Under the pieces are notes generated by a model. It did not search any database, had not been told where the DNA came from, and saw only the letters and a program-made list of their open reading frames with translations. The position numbers were made by a program, and so were the translations under genes. Positions 1 through 8,712 of a stretch of DNA of 42,766 nucleotides are shown here, piece after piece. Position 1 is the stretch's first letter. Each line of letters begins with the position of its first letter. The stretch comes from a virus (taxonomy: Duplodnaviria > Caudoviricetes): the IMG/VR virus record IMGVR_UViG_3300037479_000361, positions 1-42,766 of that record; one strand, given 5' to 3'.

Positions 1-11
1 GCCGCCCACAC
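1..11 (+). repeat. Terminal overlap GCCGCCCACAC, identical to 42756-42766
   Basis: Direct comparison of both ends. Confidence 0.9.
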
Positions 12-3000
12 CACCCCCTGCACCTGCACCGCCACCGGTGACGCCTCCCCCTTCCCCACCCACTACTCCGCCGGTGGCTCCGGCCGTCCCGGCCGCTCCA
101 GCTCCAGCACCAAGAAGCGGGATCACCCTCGAGGGCCGGATCAAGACGACCGCGGCGCGGTCGACGACCGTGGTAGCGCGCGTCGAACCGACAAGCGGGG
201 CGTCCTACAACGTCTTTGTCACGCGCCGCGGGCAAGAGTTCGCGGTGACCGCGGGAGTCGGATCCACAGGCACGATTCGAGTTGGCACCTTCTCTTCGTC
301 CGCGAATGCCGCGACCGCGATTGAGCGCCTCTCCAAGAAGGGCCTCTCGCTCCAGGAGATGCTCACGCGCCAGGCGAAAGCCTCGATCGCTCGCGCTGAA
401 GGCCAGCGGGCGCGCGCATCTCGAGAGTTCGAGGAAGGCCACCTCCAGGAGATCCTCCGCCAGCGCGCCGCCGAGGGCATCTCCACGCCGGCCGATGAAG
501 CCCTTGAGCAGTTCTTCGGCTACCCGGTCTACGTGCGCCAGCGGATCACACGCGCGCTCGATCGCGCCCGCCAGATCATCCGCCCCAAGCAGGAGACGGC
601 CGAAAACTTCGATCGGATCGCGCGCGCCGCGGTGCTGGAGTATCTGCGCCGCCGCCCTGACTGGGCCCCGGAGTTGGATGTCGGCTTCTTCCGCCGGTAT
701 CTGTCACAGGCCGAGGAAGCGCAGAAGTTCCGTATTACTACACCTTCCGGGGCACCGCCGTCTCCCATCCCGCCTGGGCCGCCGCGTCCCCCGGCGAGTC
801 CGACCGCCGCGCCGGCGCCGCCGACCGGTCCGCCGATCGGGGACATTGTCCGCTACCTCGATGAGCAGCTCGTGCCCATCCGCACAGGGCGCCTGGGGCC
901 GGTCAAGGCCGGCACGCGGGGCATCTTCAAGCCCCGCGCTGAAGTGGTGCGCACGAGGGAGGCCCTGGATCTCGATACGATCGGCCACGAGCTCGGCCAT
1001 GCCATCGACCAGAAGATTGGCCTGGTCCGCTCGCCATCGCTTGGCCAAGCCACGCAGTTTCTGATGGTCAACCAGTCGTCGTATTCCGCCGCCGCGCTCC
1101 AGCGCGAGCGCGTCGCCGAGTTCGTGAGGACTTGGTTGACTGACCCCGCGACCGCCCGGCGATTGGCCCCGCAGCTGACGGACGACTTCGAACGGAGTCT
1201 GCAGCTCGCGGACCCGCGCTGGTGGAAGGCGATGGTCCAGGCGCAGCAGGACATCGCCGCGTGGAAGGCGCGTACTCCCGTCGACCACGTGCTCGGGCGC
1301 CTGCGTTTCACCAATCCCGAAACACCGCAGGCCCTCAACGGGTGGCAGCGGTTCCAGCAGCAGTTCGTCAACGAGCTCGTCCCGCTCCAGGATGTCGTCG
1401 CGCGCATGACCGGCGGGCAACCACTTGACGCACTGGCGGATCCTGTCGCCCGCGCGGTACGCGCGCGGGGGTGGGGAGGCCGCGCGCAGCATTGGATCCA
1501 GTGGGGACCCGTCGATGACGTTGGGCGCCCGATGAAAGACGCCGCGGGGCGCCCGATCCCGGGGTTGGAAGAGATGCTGCGCGTGGCGCGCGGGCAGGAG
1601 GATGCCTTCTGGGCGTTCCTGGTCGCTCGCCAGGCGCAGACGTGGGAATCGCGCGGGCTGCGCACGGGCTTCGATGAAGCGAAAGTCCGCGCGATCGTTG
1701 GGTCAACGCCGCCGCACCTACAGGCGCTGGCGGATCGATGGGTCGCCTACAACAACGCGGTGCTCGATGAGCTGGTCGACGGCGGGATGTTGGCGGCGGA
1801 TGCCGCCGCCCGCTACAAACAGCGGTATCCGTATTATGTCTCGTTCCAGCGCACAGGATTCCCCGCGGAAGCACGAGGGCCTAAGCCTCGGGGTGCGCGC
1901 CGCGAAGTGAATCTGCCTGCGCCAATCCGTGCCGCCCGCGGGTCGACGATGGAGATTCTGCACCCGCTGGAATCCACGATGCGGCGCACGATCATGGCGC
2001 TGTCGCTCACCTCGCGCAACCGCGTCTGGCGGTCGCTCTATGACCTCGCGCGGGCGACCCAGGGCGCCGGCCGCGAGGTTGAGATCCTGCCGCGTCAAGT
2101 GGTGCCCGTCTCCTTCCGGCTCGAGCGCCTGGACCAGGCGCTGGCGGATATCGGCATCACGAATCTGACCCCCGCGCAGCTCCAGCAGATGATGACGATC
2201 TTCATGCCCCGCGGGCCGCGCGGGATCAGTGCCGAGAACATCATCGCCATCTGGGACGCCGGCACGGTGCGCCACGTCCAGGTCTCCCCGGACCTCTACC
2301 AGCTGGGGCTGCGCCTCAACACCGATACGGCCAACGACTTGGTGCGCTTCTTCCGCCCCTTCACACGAGCGGTGCGGGCCGGCGCGGTGCTCACGCCGAA
2401 CTTCTGGCTGCGCAACCTCGCCCGTGACCAGGTCATGGCGTTCATCAACAGCAACTACGGATACGTGCCGGTCCTCTCGATGCTCAATGGGTTGCAGCAC
2501 GTGATCCGCAAGAGCGCGACCTACAAGCAGTTCTATGGCGCCGGCGGCGCGCAGGCGACCCTAGTAGGGCTCGATGGCCCGTCGCTGGCGACGCAGATGC
2601 GCCGGCTCATCGGGAACGAGACGACGCGCGAGCGCGCCTTCCGGTACGCGACGACACCCATTGAGGCGCTGCGATTCATCTCGAATGCGATCGAAGAAGC
2701 CACGCGCGTCGGCGAGTTCGCGCAGGCGCCCCGGGGGACGCCCCAACAGATCGCCGAAGCCGCCATCTCCGCGCGCCGGCTCACACTGGACTATGGCCAG
2801 TTCGGGACCTCCGGGCGCAACTTCAACGCGATCGCGGCGTTTTGGAACGCGTGGATCCAAGGGCTCGAGCGCATCCGCATCGAGGCGAAGGAGCACCCAG
2901 TCCGCTTCACGCTCAAGAGCGCCGCGGCCATCACCTTGCCGACGTACTATCTCTACTTGCTCAACCGCGACGATCCGGAATGGCTCGCGGCGCCGCGATG

Positions 3001-3865
3001 GCGCAAAGACTTCTTCTGGCACGTGCGCCTGCGGAGCGGCGACCCGGGGCTGTGGATCGCCAAGCCGTTTGAGCTCGGGACGGTCTTCGGGTCGATCCCG
3101 GAGCGCCTCCTCGAAGCCCTGGACGGCCAGCATCCCGAAGCCTTCAATGACTTGACGACGACGCTGCGCCGCCAGCTCGTCGACCAGGCCATCCCGGTGC
3201 CCAACCTCATCTTGCCTATGCTGGAGATCGCCGCCAACTACAACTTCTTCACCGGACGCGCGATTGTGCCCACGCGCGAGCGGCTCCTGCCAGCGCGCCT
3301 GCAGGTCGGCGCTTACACGTCGACCTTCGCCCGCCGCGCCGGAGAAGCGGCCGGCGTCTCGCCGCGCCTGTTGGAACATGCCTTGATCGGGTATACGGCC
3401 GGATTGGGCCGGGTCGGTCTAGCGATTCCCGAAGAGCTCGGCGTGCTCCCGCAGCGGCCCGGGTTCACCGCGCGCACCACGGCAGAACGGGTCCCAGGCG
3501 TTCAGGGTCTCCTGGCCACACCGTATGCGCAGTCGCAAGACGTGGAAGAGTTCTATCGGCGCCTCGAGGAAGTCGAGCGCGAGATTCGCGGGCGGCAATC
3601 GGAAGGCGCGCTCCCTCGTCCTCTTCCTCGCCGTAATCGTGCGCGGCGCGCGATGATCGCCGCGGATCCGCAGCTTCAGGAACGCCAGACCCTCAAGCGC
3701 ACCGCGGACCAGCTCCGCGAACTCCAAGAAGCCATCCGTGAGACCTTGACGCGCACGGACCTCTCGGCGACCCAAAAGCGGTTTCAAATTGCGGCGTACA
3801 ACCGGCAGATGGTGGACGCCGCGCGAAGCGCGCTGCAGCGCCGTCCTTTACCGGCCGCCCGATGA
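1..3865 (+). CDS. C-terminal part of large polyvalent virion/ejection protein (zincin-like HELGH motif, LPD38-like domain); begins at 41374 across the junction
   Basis: Frame open from base 2; TIGHELGHAID followed by ERVAEFVR; C-terminal PRWRKDFFWH...IAKPFELGTVFGSIPER typical of LPD38. Confidence 0.85.
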   Translation, partial: PPTPPPAPAPPPVTPPPSPPTTPPVAPAVPAAPAPAPRSGITLEGRIKTTAARSTTVVARVEPTSGASYNVFVTRRGQEFAVTAGVGSTGTIRVGTFSSSANAATAIERLSKKGLSLQEMLTRQAKASIARAEGQRARASREFEEGHLQEILRQRAAEGISTPADEALEQFFGYPVYVRQRITRALDRARQIIRPKQETAENFDRIARAAVLEYLRRRPDWAPELDVGFFRRYLSQAEEAQKFRITTPSGAPPSPIPPGPPRPPASPTAAPAPPTGPPIGDIVRYLDEQLVPIRTGRLGPVKAGTRGIFKPRAEVVRTREALDLDTIGHELGHAIDQKIGLVRSPSLGQATQFLMVNQSSYSAAALQRERVAEFVRTWLTDPATARRLAPQLTDDFERSLQLADPRWWKAMVQAQQDIAAWKARTPVDHVLGRLRFTNPETPQALNGWQRFQQQFVNELVPLQDVVARMTGGQPLDALADPVARAVRARGWGGRAQHWIQWGPVDDVGRPMKDAAGRPIPGLEEMLRVARGQEDAFWAFLVARQAQTWESRGLRTGFDEAKVRAIVGSTPPHLQALADRWVAYNNAVLDELVDGGMLAADAAARYKQRYPYYVSFQRTGFPAEARGPKPRGARREVNLPAPIRAARGSTMEILHPLESTMRRTIMALSLTSRNRVWRSLYDLARATQGAGREVEILPRQVVPVSFRLERLDQALADIGITNLTPAQLQQMMTIFMPRGPRGISAENIIAIWDAGTVRHVQVSPDLYQLGLRLNTDTANDLVRFFRPFTRAVRAGAVLTPNFWLRNLARDQVMAFINSNYGYVPVLSMLNGLQHVIRKSATYKQFYGAGGAQATLVGLDGPSLATQMRRLIGNETTRERAFRYATTPIEALRFISNAIEEATRVGEFAQAPRGTPQQIAEAAISARRLTLDYGQFGTSGRNFNAIAAFWNAWIQGLERIRIEAKEHPVRFTLKSAAAITLPTYYLYLLNRDDPEWLAAPRWRKDFFWHVRLRSGDPGLWIAKPFELGTVFGSIPERLLEALDGQHPEAFNDLTTTLRRQLVDQAIPVPNLILPMLEIAANYNFFTGRAIVPTRERLLPARLQVGAYTSTFARRAGEAAGVSPRLLEHALIGYTAGLGRVGLAIPEELGVLPQRPGFTARTTAERVPGVQGLLATPYAQSQDVEEFYRRLEEVEREIRGRQSEGALPRPLPRRNRARRAMIAADPQLQERQTLKRTADQLRELQEAIRETLTRTDLSATQKRFQIAAYNRQMVDAARSALQRRPLPAAR

Positions 3866-4231
3866 GTCATCATCCTCCGGTCTGGGTCATCGTGCTGGCC
3901 GGGATCATGGTGATCCCGTCGTTTCTGCTCGTGCTGACCGGCCCGGGCCTTACTCGCAATAACGATTGTCACACTCGCCGGTGTCTTGCTCGCGATGCTT
4001 CGCTACCGACGGGTGTGGATGTCGTTGCTCGCGCTGGCCATCAGCTGGCAGACGGCCTACTACCTGGGGCTCGTGTTCAACGTGGCGGGGTTGCGGGAGA
4101 ACATTCCTGTGCGTGAGGTGCTCTTCCGATCGTCGCAGCTGCTGTTGTACATCGGGATCCTCGTCGTCTGCTACCAGCGCATCCTTGATCGTGTGCTGCA
4201 TCGGTGGTGGGAGAGTCATCGGCGCGAATGA
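3862..4231 (+). CDS. Multi-pass membrane protein, holin-like, split by a +1 frameshift near 3942-3947
   Basis: ATGA coupling at both ends; removing one base in CCCGGG gives a continuous hydrophobic 122-aa protein (..LVLTGPALLAITIVTLAGVLLAMLRYRR..). Confidence 0.65.
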
Positions 4232-4479
4232 CCGGTACCGAACTAGCTGCCCTGGTTGTCGCGCTGACCGGACTGGTGACCGCTGCCGCCACGGCCACCG
4301 TGTCGTTGAGGACTTCTCGACTTTCCGCGCGCCGATCAGAGATGGACCTGCTGCGCGAGGAGAATCAGCGCCTGCATCACCGCATCATCGCGCTCGAGCA
4401 GGAGGTCGCTTCGATCCGCCGTCGGCTGGAGAAGTGCGCCAAGAGCATCAAAGCGTCCCGTCGCCGGTCTCCGGACTAG
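4228..4479 (+). CDS. N-terminal TM plus coiled-coil protein (lysis-cassette type)
   Basis: MTGTELAALVVALTGLVTAA then LREENQRLHHRIIALEQEV heptads; ATGA overlap with upstream gene. Confidence 0.7.
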   Translation: MTGTELAALVVALTGLVTAAATATVSLRTSRLSARRSEMDLLREENQRLHHRIIALEQEVASIRRRLEKCAKSIKASRRRSPD

Positions 4480-4757
4480 TGTAACCCTTCTTTGGGCGCG
4501 CCGAACCGATGGTCGAGTCCCGTGGGCTCAAAGATGAATTTGTGAGTTGCCGCCGCGCCAAGAAAGACTTCGAGCGCGCACTGCACGATCTGCGTGACCG
4601 GGAAGGCGTGGCCTGGCGAGGGGTTCTGAATCAACCACGCCGCGGCGAACGCCAGGATGACCCCCGCGTACTGCGGGTAGCGGCGGAGGAAGGGAATCCG
4701 CTTCAAGAAGTCGACCAGGATCGCGACGAAGGGCGCATATTGCAAGCACACATCCAT
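4476..4757 (-). CDS. Holin-like small membrane protein
   Basis: 93 aa, 2-3 hydrophobic segments, GGAGG SD upstream; stop overlaps the convergent gene at CTAG. Confidence 0.65.
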   Translation of the reverse strand: MDVCLQYAPFVAILVDFLKRIPFLRRYPQYAGVILAFAAAWLIQNPSPGHAFPVTQIVQCALEVFLGAAATHKFIFEPTGLDHRFGAPKEGLH

Positions 4758-4772
4758 GGGAAGCCTCCGTTT

Positions 4773-4796
4773 CTGAGTATCTGAGTAACTGAGTAA
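4773..4796. repeat. Three tandem 8-mers CTGAGTA(T/A)
   Basis: ctgagtat ctgagtaa ctgagtaa, directly upstream of the SD of the minus-strand holin-like gene. Confidence 0.85.
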
Positions 4797-4875
4797 TCCC
4801 GGTGACCCGCTGTTGCCGGGCCGACAGCCAGGGGGCCTCCCCCACCATCGACGTTTCAGCGAGTCACCGGGGATT
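4795..4875 (-). promoter_or_regulatory. Long intergenic RNA hairpin
   Basis: AATCCCCGGTGACTCGCTG / CAGCGGGTCACCGGGATT outer stem plus inner stems; G-U pairs work only on the minus strand. Confidence 0.65.
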
Positions 4876-4879
4876 GTTG

Positions 4880-5239
4880 CTACAGGCTAGCGAGCCCTTC
4901 GTTGGTCGCGCTGCCACCACCTGTGGCCGGCGCACCGGACGCCGCCTCGCCACCTTCACCGCCGCGCGCCGCGTCGATGTCCTCGCCGCCGCCCATAGGG
5001 TAGGGGTCGATCCCGACGATGTCGCGCACGTAGGCATCCGCCGCGTCTTGCCCGCAGCCGCACCCTTCTCCCAGCAGCGTCTTGAAGGCTTCCGCCCGTT
5101 GTTTGAGCGCCAACTCCAGCGGCCGTCCGACCAGGTTCGCCAGAGGCGCCGGCGCATAGAGCTCGTCGTCCCAGGTGCGCTCTTTGTGCGTGAGCTGCCC
5201 GGTCTGTTCATTCCGCACCACCGTGGTAATTCTGATCAT
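4880..5239 (-). CDS. Hypothetical protein
   Basis: AAGGAGG SD, ATGA overlap with upstream gene. Confidence 0.7.
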   Translation of the reverse strand: MIRITTVVRNEQTGQLTHKERTWDDELYAPAPLANLVGRPLELALKQRAEAFKTLLGEGCGCGQDAADAYVRDIVGIDPYPMGGGEDIDAARGGEGGEAASGAPATGGGSATNEGLASL

Positions 5240-5490
5240 CGCGTAGCCTCCTTTGTAGGTCTGAGGAGCAACGTCATCTGAGGATCATCATACACTGGCA
5301 CGAACCCGCGCGCGCGCCACCACGTGTAGAGCTCCTGATAAGAATGCACTCGCCGATGGAACCACCAGGCCCTCACGCGTAGCGCCCAGGGGATGGCCAC
5401 CCAGTTGGCATGCCAGCACCCCCATTGGTGCTGCAGGCACACGGTCTCCTGTGGCTTCATCGACCTGCCGCACGAACCCAAATGCGACAC
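5236..5490 (-). CDS. Hypothetical Trp/His/Cys-rich protein (start may be 5460)
   Basis: Fills the gap in a tightly coupled operon. Confidence 0.55.
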   Translation of the reverse strand: MSHLGSCGRSMKPQETVCLQHQWGCWHANWVAIPWALRVRAWWFHRRVHSYQELYTWWRARGFVPVYDDPQMTLLLRPTKEATR

Positions 5491-5730
5491 TCAGTTTGCA
5501 GAACGCGATCCGCCGCCTTCGCCTCCGCCCGCGCCGCCGCCGCCTCCCTCCTCGAGTATCAACACGGCAGCCCGACAGTCCGCGACCGCCCGGCCCCGTG
5601 CGATCCCAAGCTGGACTGACGCGAGCATCAGCAGGAAGACGACGATGCCAAGCACGATCCGGCGCGCCGTCCGGTCATCGTGGCTGATGTCCACTGCGCT
5701 GTCCAACCCATCATCGTCAATCGTCATCAT
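5491..5730 (-). CDS. Small single-TM protein with Gly-rich tail
   Basis: GGAGGAGG SD; RRIVLGIVVFLLMLASVQLGIA hydrophobic segment. Confidence 0.65.
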   Translation of the reverse strand: MMTIDDDGLDSAVDISHDDRTARRIVLGIVVFLLMLASVQLGIARGRAVADCRAAVLILEEGGGGGAGGGEGGGSRSAN

Positions 5731-6065
5731 GAGGATCCTCCTCCCTGAAACGATCGCGCCAGGCGCGCGAGTCGCCGGATGTTGGCCGCCCGCTCCTCCG
5801 CACTGAGCCCGACGACGGCCTCGAGCGCCGGCTGCTCTGTGGGTGAAGCCGGTAGCTGCGCATACCCGCTGGCCATCTGCCACACGATCGCGGGTGAAGG
5901 GAACCGTTCCAAGCGCGTGACGACATCCCACATCGCCTGTTCGACCGCGCCATCCGGGAGGTGGCGCAGCACGCCCCACCAGACTTGGCGCTGCGCCGTG
6001 GTCAACGTGAGTCGATACGCTCCTTCGAGCACCGCGAGGGTACTCGCCAACCCTTCGAGCGTCAT
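5727..6065 (-). CDS. Replicative helicase loader/inhibitor (G39P-like)
   Basis: VWWGVLRHLP..VEQAM...ERFPSPAIV pattern; directly downstream of the initiator. Confidence 0.65.
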   Translation of the reverse strand: MTLEGLASTLAVLEGAYRLTLTTAQRQVWWGVLRHLPDGAVEQAMWDVVTRLERFPSPAIVWQMASGYAQLPASPTEQPALEAVVGLSAEERAANIRRLARLARSFQGGGSS

Positions 6066-7141
6066 GGTAATTCCTTCCTCGGCTGCCCCCGCCGTCCATC
6101 GGACACTTTTGCCCGTTGTGGTTGTGCATGTTGTGCATAGGAGGGGGAGCGGAGCGCCCCCCCCTGCGCTCGAAGATCGTCCAGAATCCGCGCCGCCCGC
6201 GCGGTCAGGTCATCTTCGTCCTCGAAGATGCGCCGCACGACCGCCGCCAGGTAACTGAGCGGCCGCTGTGCGGTCCCCAACGAGTCTTCGACCCGCCGCA
6301 AGGCCCCATCGACGGCCCTGGGGCCGTACAGCGCCACCAGGTTAGCGATCCGGCCTCCCTCGCGTGGAGACCGTCTGATGCCTGGAATGGCGCGGTATCG
6401 GCCGATAAACTCGGCGATTTGCGTCCTCAGCTGTGTCAGGTCGCCATCGGCGGCTCCGCCGCCAACAAAAAGCGTGTTGGCGGCGGTAGAAAGAGTCTCT
6501 AAGGATTGCAAGGGCTTCGGTTCAAACCGCAGTTCCAAAGAACGAGAAGCAGTACCAAACAGAGCACTTTCTACCGGCTCTGCAGTGGTAGTAGTACTAC
6601 TGGCGCCGTCCGACAATTTCTGCGCATCGGGGGGGGGGCGGAGCGCCCCCCATAGGGGGGGCGGAGCGCCCCCCCCCGAGGTTTCTCGCTTTTCGGGGTA
6701 TGGGGGGCGCTCCGCCCCCCCCTCGCCCTCGGCTTCCCAGTCCAGCACATCGTCCGCAAACGCGTCGTCGGTGTCCTCCCATCCGCCGGGGACCTCAGCG
6801 GTCAGTGGCGCATACAGCCGGTAGAAGATCCCTTGGATCCGACCGCCCGCGCCGAAGCCGCGCGCTTCCGCCATCAACCCGGCGTCGATCAGTTCCAATC
6901 GCGCACGTCGCAGCCCCCGGTTGTCCGGACGACCAGGAAGCAGCGGCTTCAAGACGGCGCTCGATGGCAAGCGGCTCGTCCCGCTCCGGTGCAGGTAGCG
7001 CGCCAGCAGACAGTACATCCGCAGCGCCATCACTGAGAGGGGCACCTTCAACACGCTGATCGGGATGCTTACCGTCTGCGCCATGCCGATGCGCGCGGGA
7101 GGAGTCGGCAACATCCGGCGCCTGCGCTTATGAGACGACAT
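6062..7141 (-). CDS. Phage replication initiator (N-terminal wHTH, low-complexity linker, helical C-terminal domain)
   Basis: LSVMALRMYCLL...GLRRARLELIDAGLM...IFYRL wHTH; PLSYLAAVV C-terminal motif; internal repeats; lies between RusA and loader. Confidence 0.75.
   Translation of the reverse strand: MSSHKRRRRMLPTPPARIGMAQTVSIPISVLKVPLSVMALRMYCLLARYLHRSGTSRLPSSAVLKPLLPGRPDNRGLRRARLELIDAGLMAEARGFGAGGRIQGIFYRLYAPLTAEVPGGWEDTDDAFADDVLDWEAEGEGGAERPPYPEKRETSGGGAPPPLWGALRPPPDAQKLSDGASSTTTTAEPVESALFGTASRSLELRFEPKPLQSLETLSTAANTLFVGGGAADGDLTQLRTQIAEFIGRYRAIPGIRRSPREGGRIANLVALYGPRAVDGALRRVEDSLGTAQRPLSYLAAVVRRIFEDEDDLTARAARILDDLRAQGGALRSPSYAQHAQPQRAKVSDGRRGQPRKELP
6629..6722. repeat. Iteron-like Gn-CGGAGCG-Cn repeats (putative origin), fourth copy at 6143-6164
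   Basis: Direct copies 6629-6651 and 6655-6677, inverted copy 6702-6722; 6631-6654 and 6699-6722 form a perfect 24-bp inverted repeat. Confidence 0.8.
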
Positions 7142-7538
7142 CAGGCGCCAACGGCGTGACCGTGATCGTGATCGCCAGCAACTCACTGTTGCGGTCAGGC
7201 GCGTCCACCACGGACCAGCGCACGGATCGAATGTGCCGGGGGCGATCGTCTGGCCAGAGGATCCCACGCCCCGCGTCCAGGACCTGCTTCTCGATGTTGT
7301 CCCCATCCGCGCTCGCTCCTGGTACGACGTGAATCGTCAGGTCCACTTGCATCGGCGCTTCATATGGCCACTGCCGCGGCTTCAAGTACTGGAAATGGCT
7401 TCGCAGCCGGTCGGCGTACTCCGCCGAGAGCGTTGGCGTGTACCACTGCACGCCTCCGCGCTGCCCCCGCCGGCCGCGCCGCGCCCTCGCTTTCGGGATC
7501 GGCCGGCCCGGGATGATGAACTCTAGGGTCGCGGCCAC
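7128..7538 (-). CDS. rusA: RusA-family Holliday junction resolvase
   Basis: IPGRPIPKARAR N-terminus; DGDNIEKQVLD...ILWPDD catalytic pattern. Confidence 0.88.
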   Translation of the reverse strand: MAATLEFIIPGRPIPKARARRGRRGQRGGVQWYTPTLSAEYADRLRSHFQYLKPRQWPYEAPMQVDLTIHVVPGASADGDNIEKQVLDAGRGILWPDDRPRHIRSVRWSVVDAPDRNSELLAITITVTPLAPDVVS

Positions 7539-8599
7539 TGCTTGAAGACGGTGGCGATCGCGGTCTCTTTCGGGATCTGCGCCGCCAACAGTTGCACCAG
7601 ACCATACAGGCGTCGATAGTCGACGAGCTCCGCTGCATGCCCGCGCGCTGGGCCCACGGCGCGCCAGAGCCGCTCGCGCTGATCAGACCTCCCAATCTCC
7701 GCCAACGTCGCGATCGTCGCTTCCCTGTACTCGTCGATGGTCTGCGGTAACCGCGCGCCACTCTCTGTCGACGCGCTCGATGGAGCAGGACTCTCGGGAG
7801 AGCTCGGAGGCTCTGCGCCCTGATGCGCGATGGCCTCGTCCACGCCCGTGACTGCCGCTTCTGCTTCCGCCGGCGTCTCGATCTCTGAGAGCCCTTTGCC
7901 TGCCGTCGCCTCTCGCGCCGCGTCCCGCACCGCCTCTGGAGACACCTTGCGCTGCTTCGCGCGCGCGAACAGGTCGCCCCACGCGCCGCCCCCGCCGCCG
8001 ATCTGATAGTCGTCCGGGTTCAGGCCGGCGCGGCGCAGGAACTGTTTGACCCGCGCGTTCACCATCTTGCGGTTGTACGCCGGGTGGCTCTCGTAGGCTT
8101 TCCCCTCGGCCTTCTCGAGCGCCACCGTCGTCGCGTGTGGGTTGGGATACGGCTTGCCGCCATCCCGCGGCACCTGCAGGCGCGGTTCCTCCTTGACCGC
8201 CCACTTCCGCAGACCGGAGAGCTCGTCAATGACGCAGACCAAGGCCCGCACCAACGGCCGGCCATCAGCGGACGTGACATCCTGGATGATTGGTGCGCCT
8301 TCGACCACGAGCTTGACCCGCCCCGTCGCGTTCATCGTGCGGACCATCGCCCGCTTGAAGTCGACGGTCGTTCCGACGATCGGCTTCGGGCGGGCCCGCT
8401 CGATGATGTACAGGAACGCGTCCGCGGCATCGACCGCCGCCGCCGTGCTCACGTCCAGCTTCGCGGTCAGGATCTCGCTCAGAATGGCGTCGTCATTCGC
8501 CCCGGCGCGAATCGCCAGGATGCCAGGCCGCACCACGGTCGCGCGCGCGGCCTCGTCGCCCTCCCCTGCCGCGTGCTCTGAAGACTCGGGATCCGTCAT
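7523..8599 (-). CDS. Putative recombination / single-strand annealing protein (start could be GTG 8716)
   Basis: Position before rusA and initiator; beta-rich core then NPHATTVALEKAEGKA helix reminiscent of phage SSAPs. Confidence 0.45.
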   Translation of the reverse strand: MTDPESSEHAAGEGDEAARATVVRPGILAIRAGANDDAILSEILTAKLDVSTAAAVDAADAFLYIIERARPKPIVGTTVDFKRAMVRTMNATGRVKLVVEGAPIIQDVTSADGRPLVRALVCVIDELSGLRKWAVKEEPRLQVPRDGGKPYPNPHATTVALEKAEGKAYESHPAYNRKMVNARVKQFLRRAGLNPDDYQIGGGGGAWGDLFARAKQRKVSPEAVRDAAREATAGKGLSEIETPAEAEAAVTGVDEAIAHQGAEPPSSPESPAPSSASTESGARLPQTIDEYREATIATLAEIGRSDQRERLWRAVGPARGHAAELVDYRRLYGLVQLLAAQIPKETAIATVFKQWPRP

Positions 8600-8712
8600 G
8601 TGTGGGTCAGCCCCCTCACCGGATGCGCGTCCCCTTGCCCTGCGCGTGGCCCTATACGCCACGGCGCGCGAATCTCCTGCTGTTGCCGCGCGGAAAATGC
8701 GTGGTCTTGGGC

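Noticed and set aside
4773-6722. CRISPR or mini-CRISPR array
   Set aside because: Repeats are short tandem or homopolymer units without unique spacers; no cas genes
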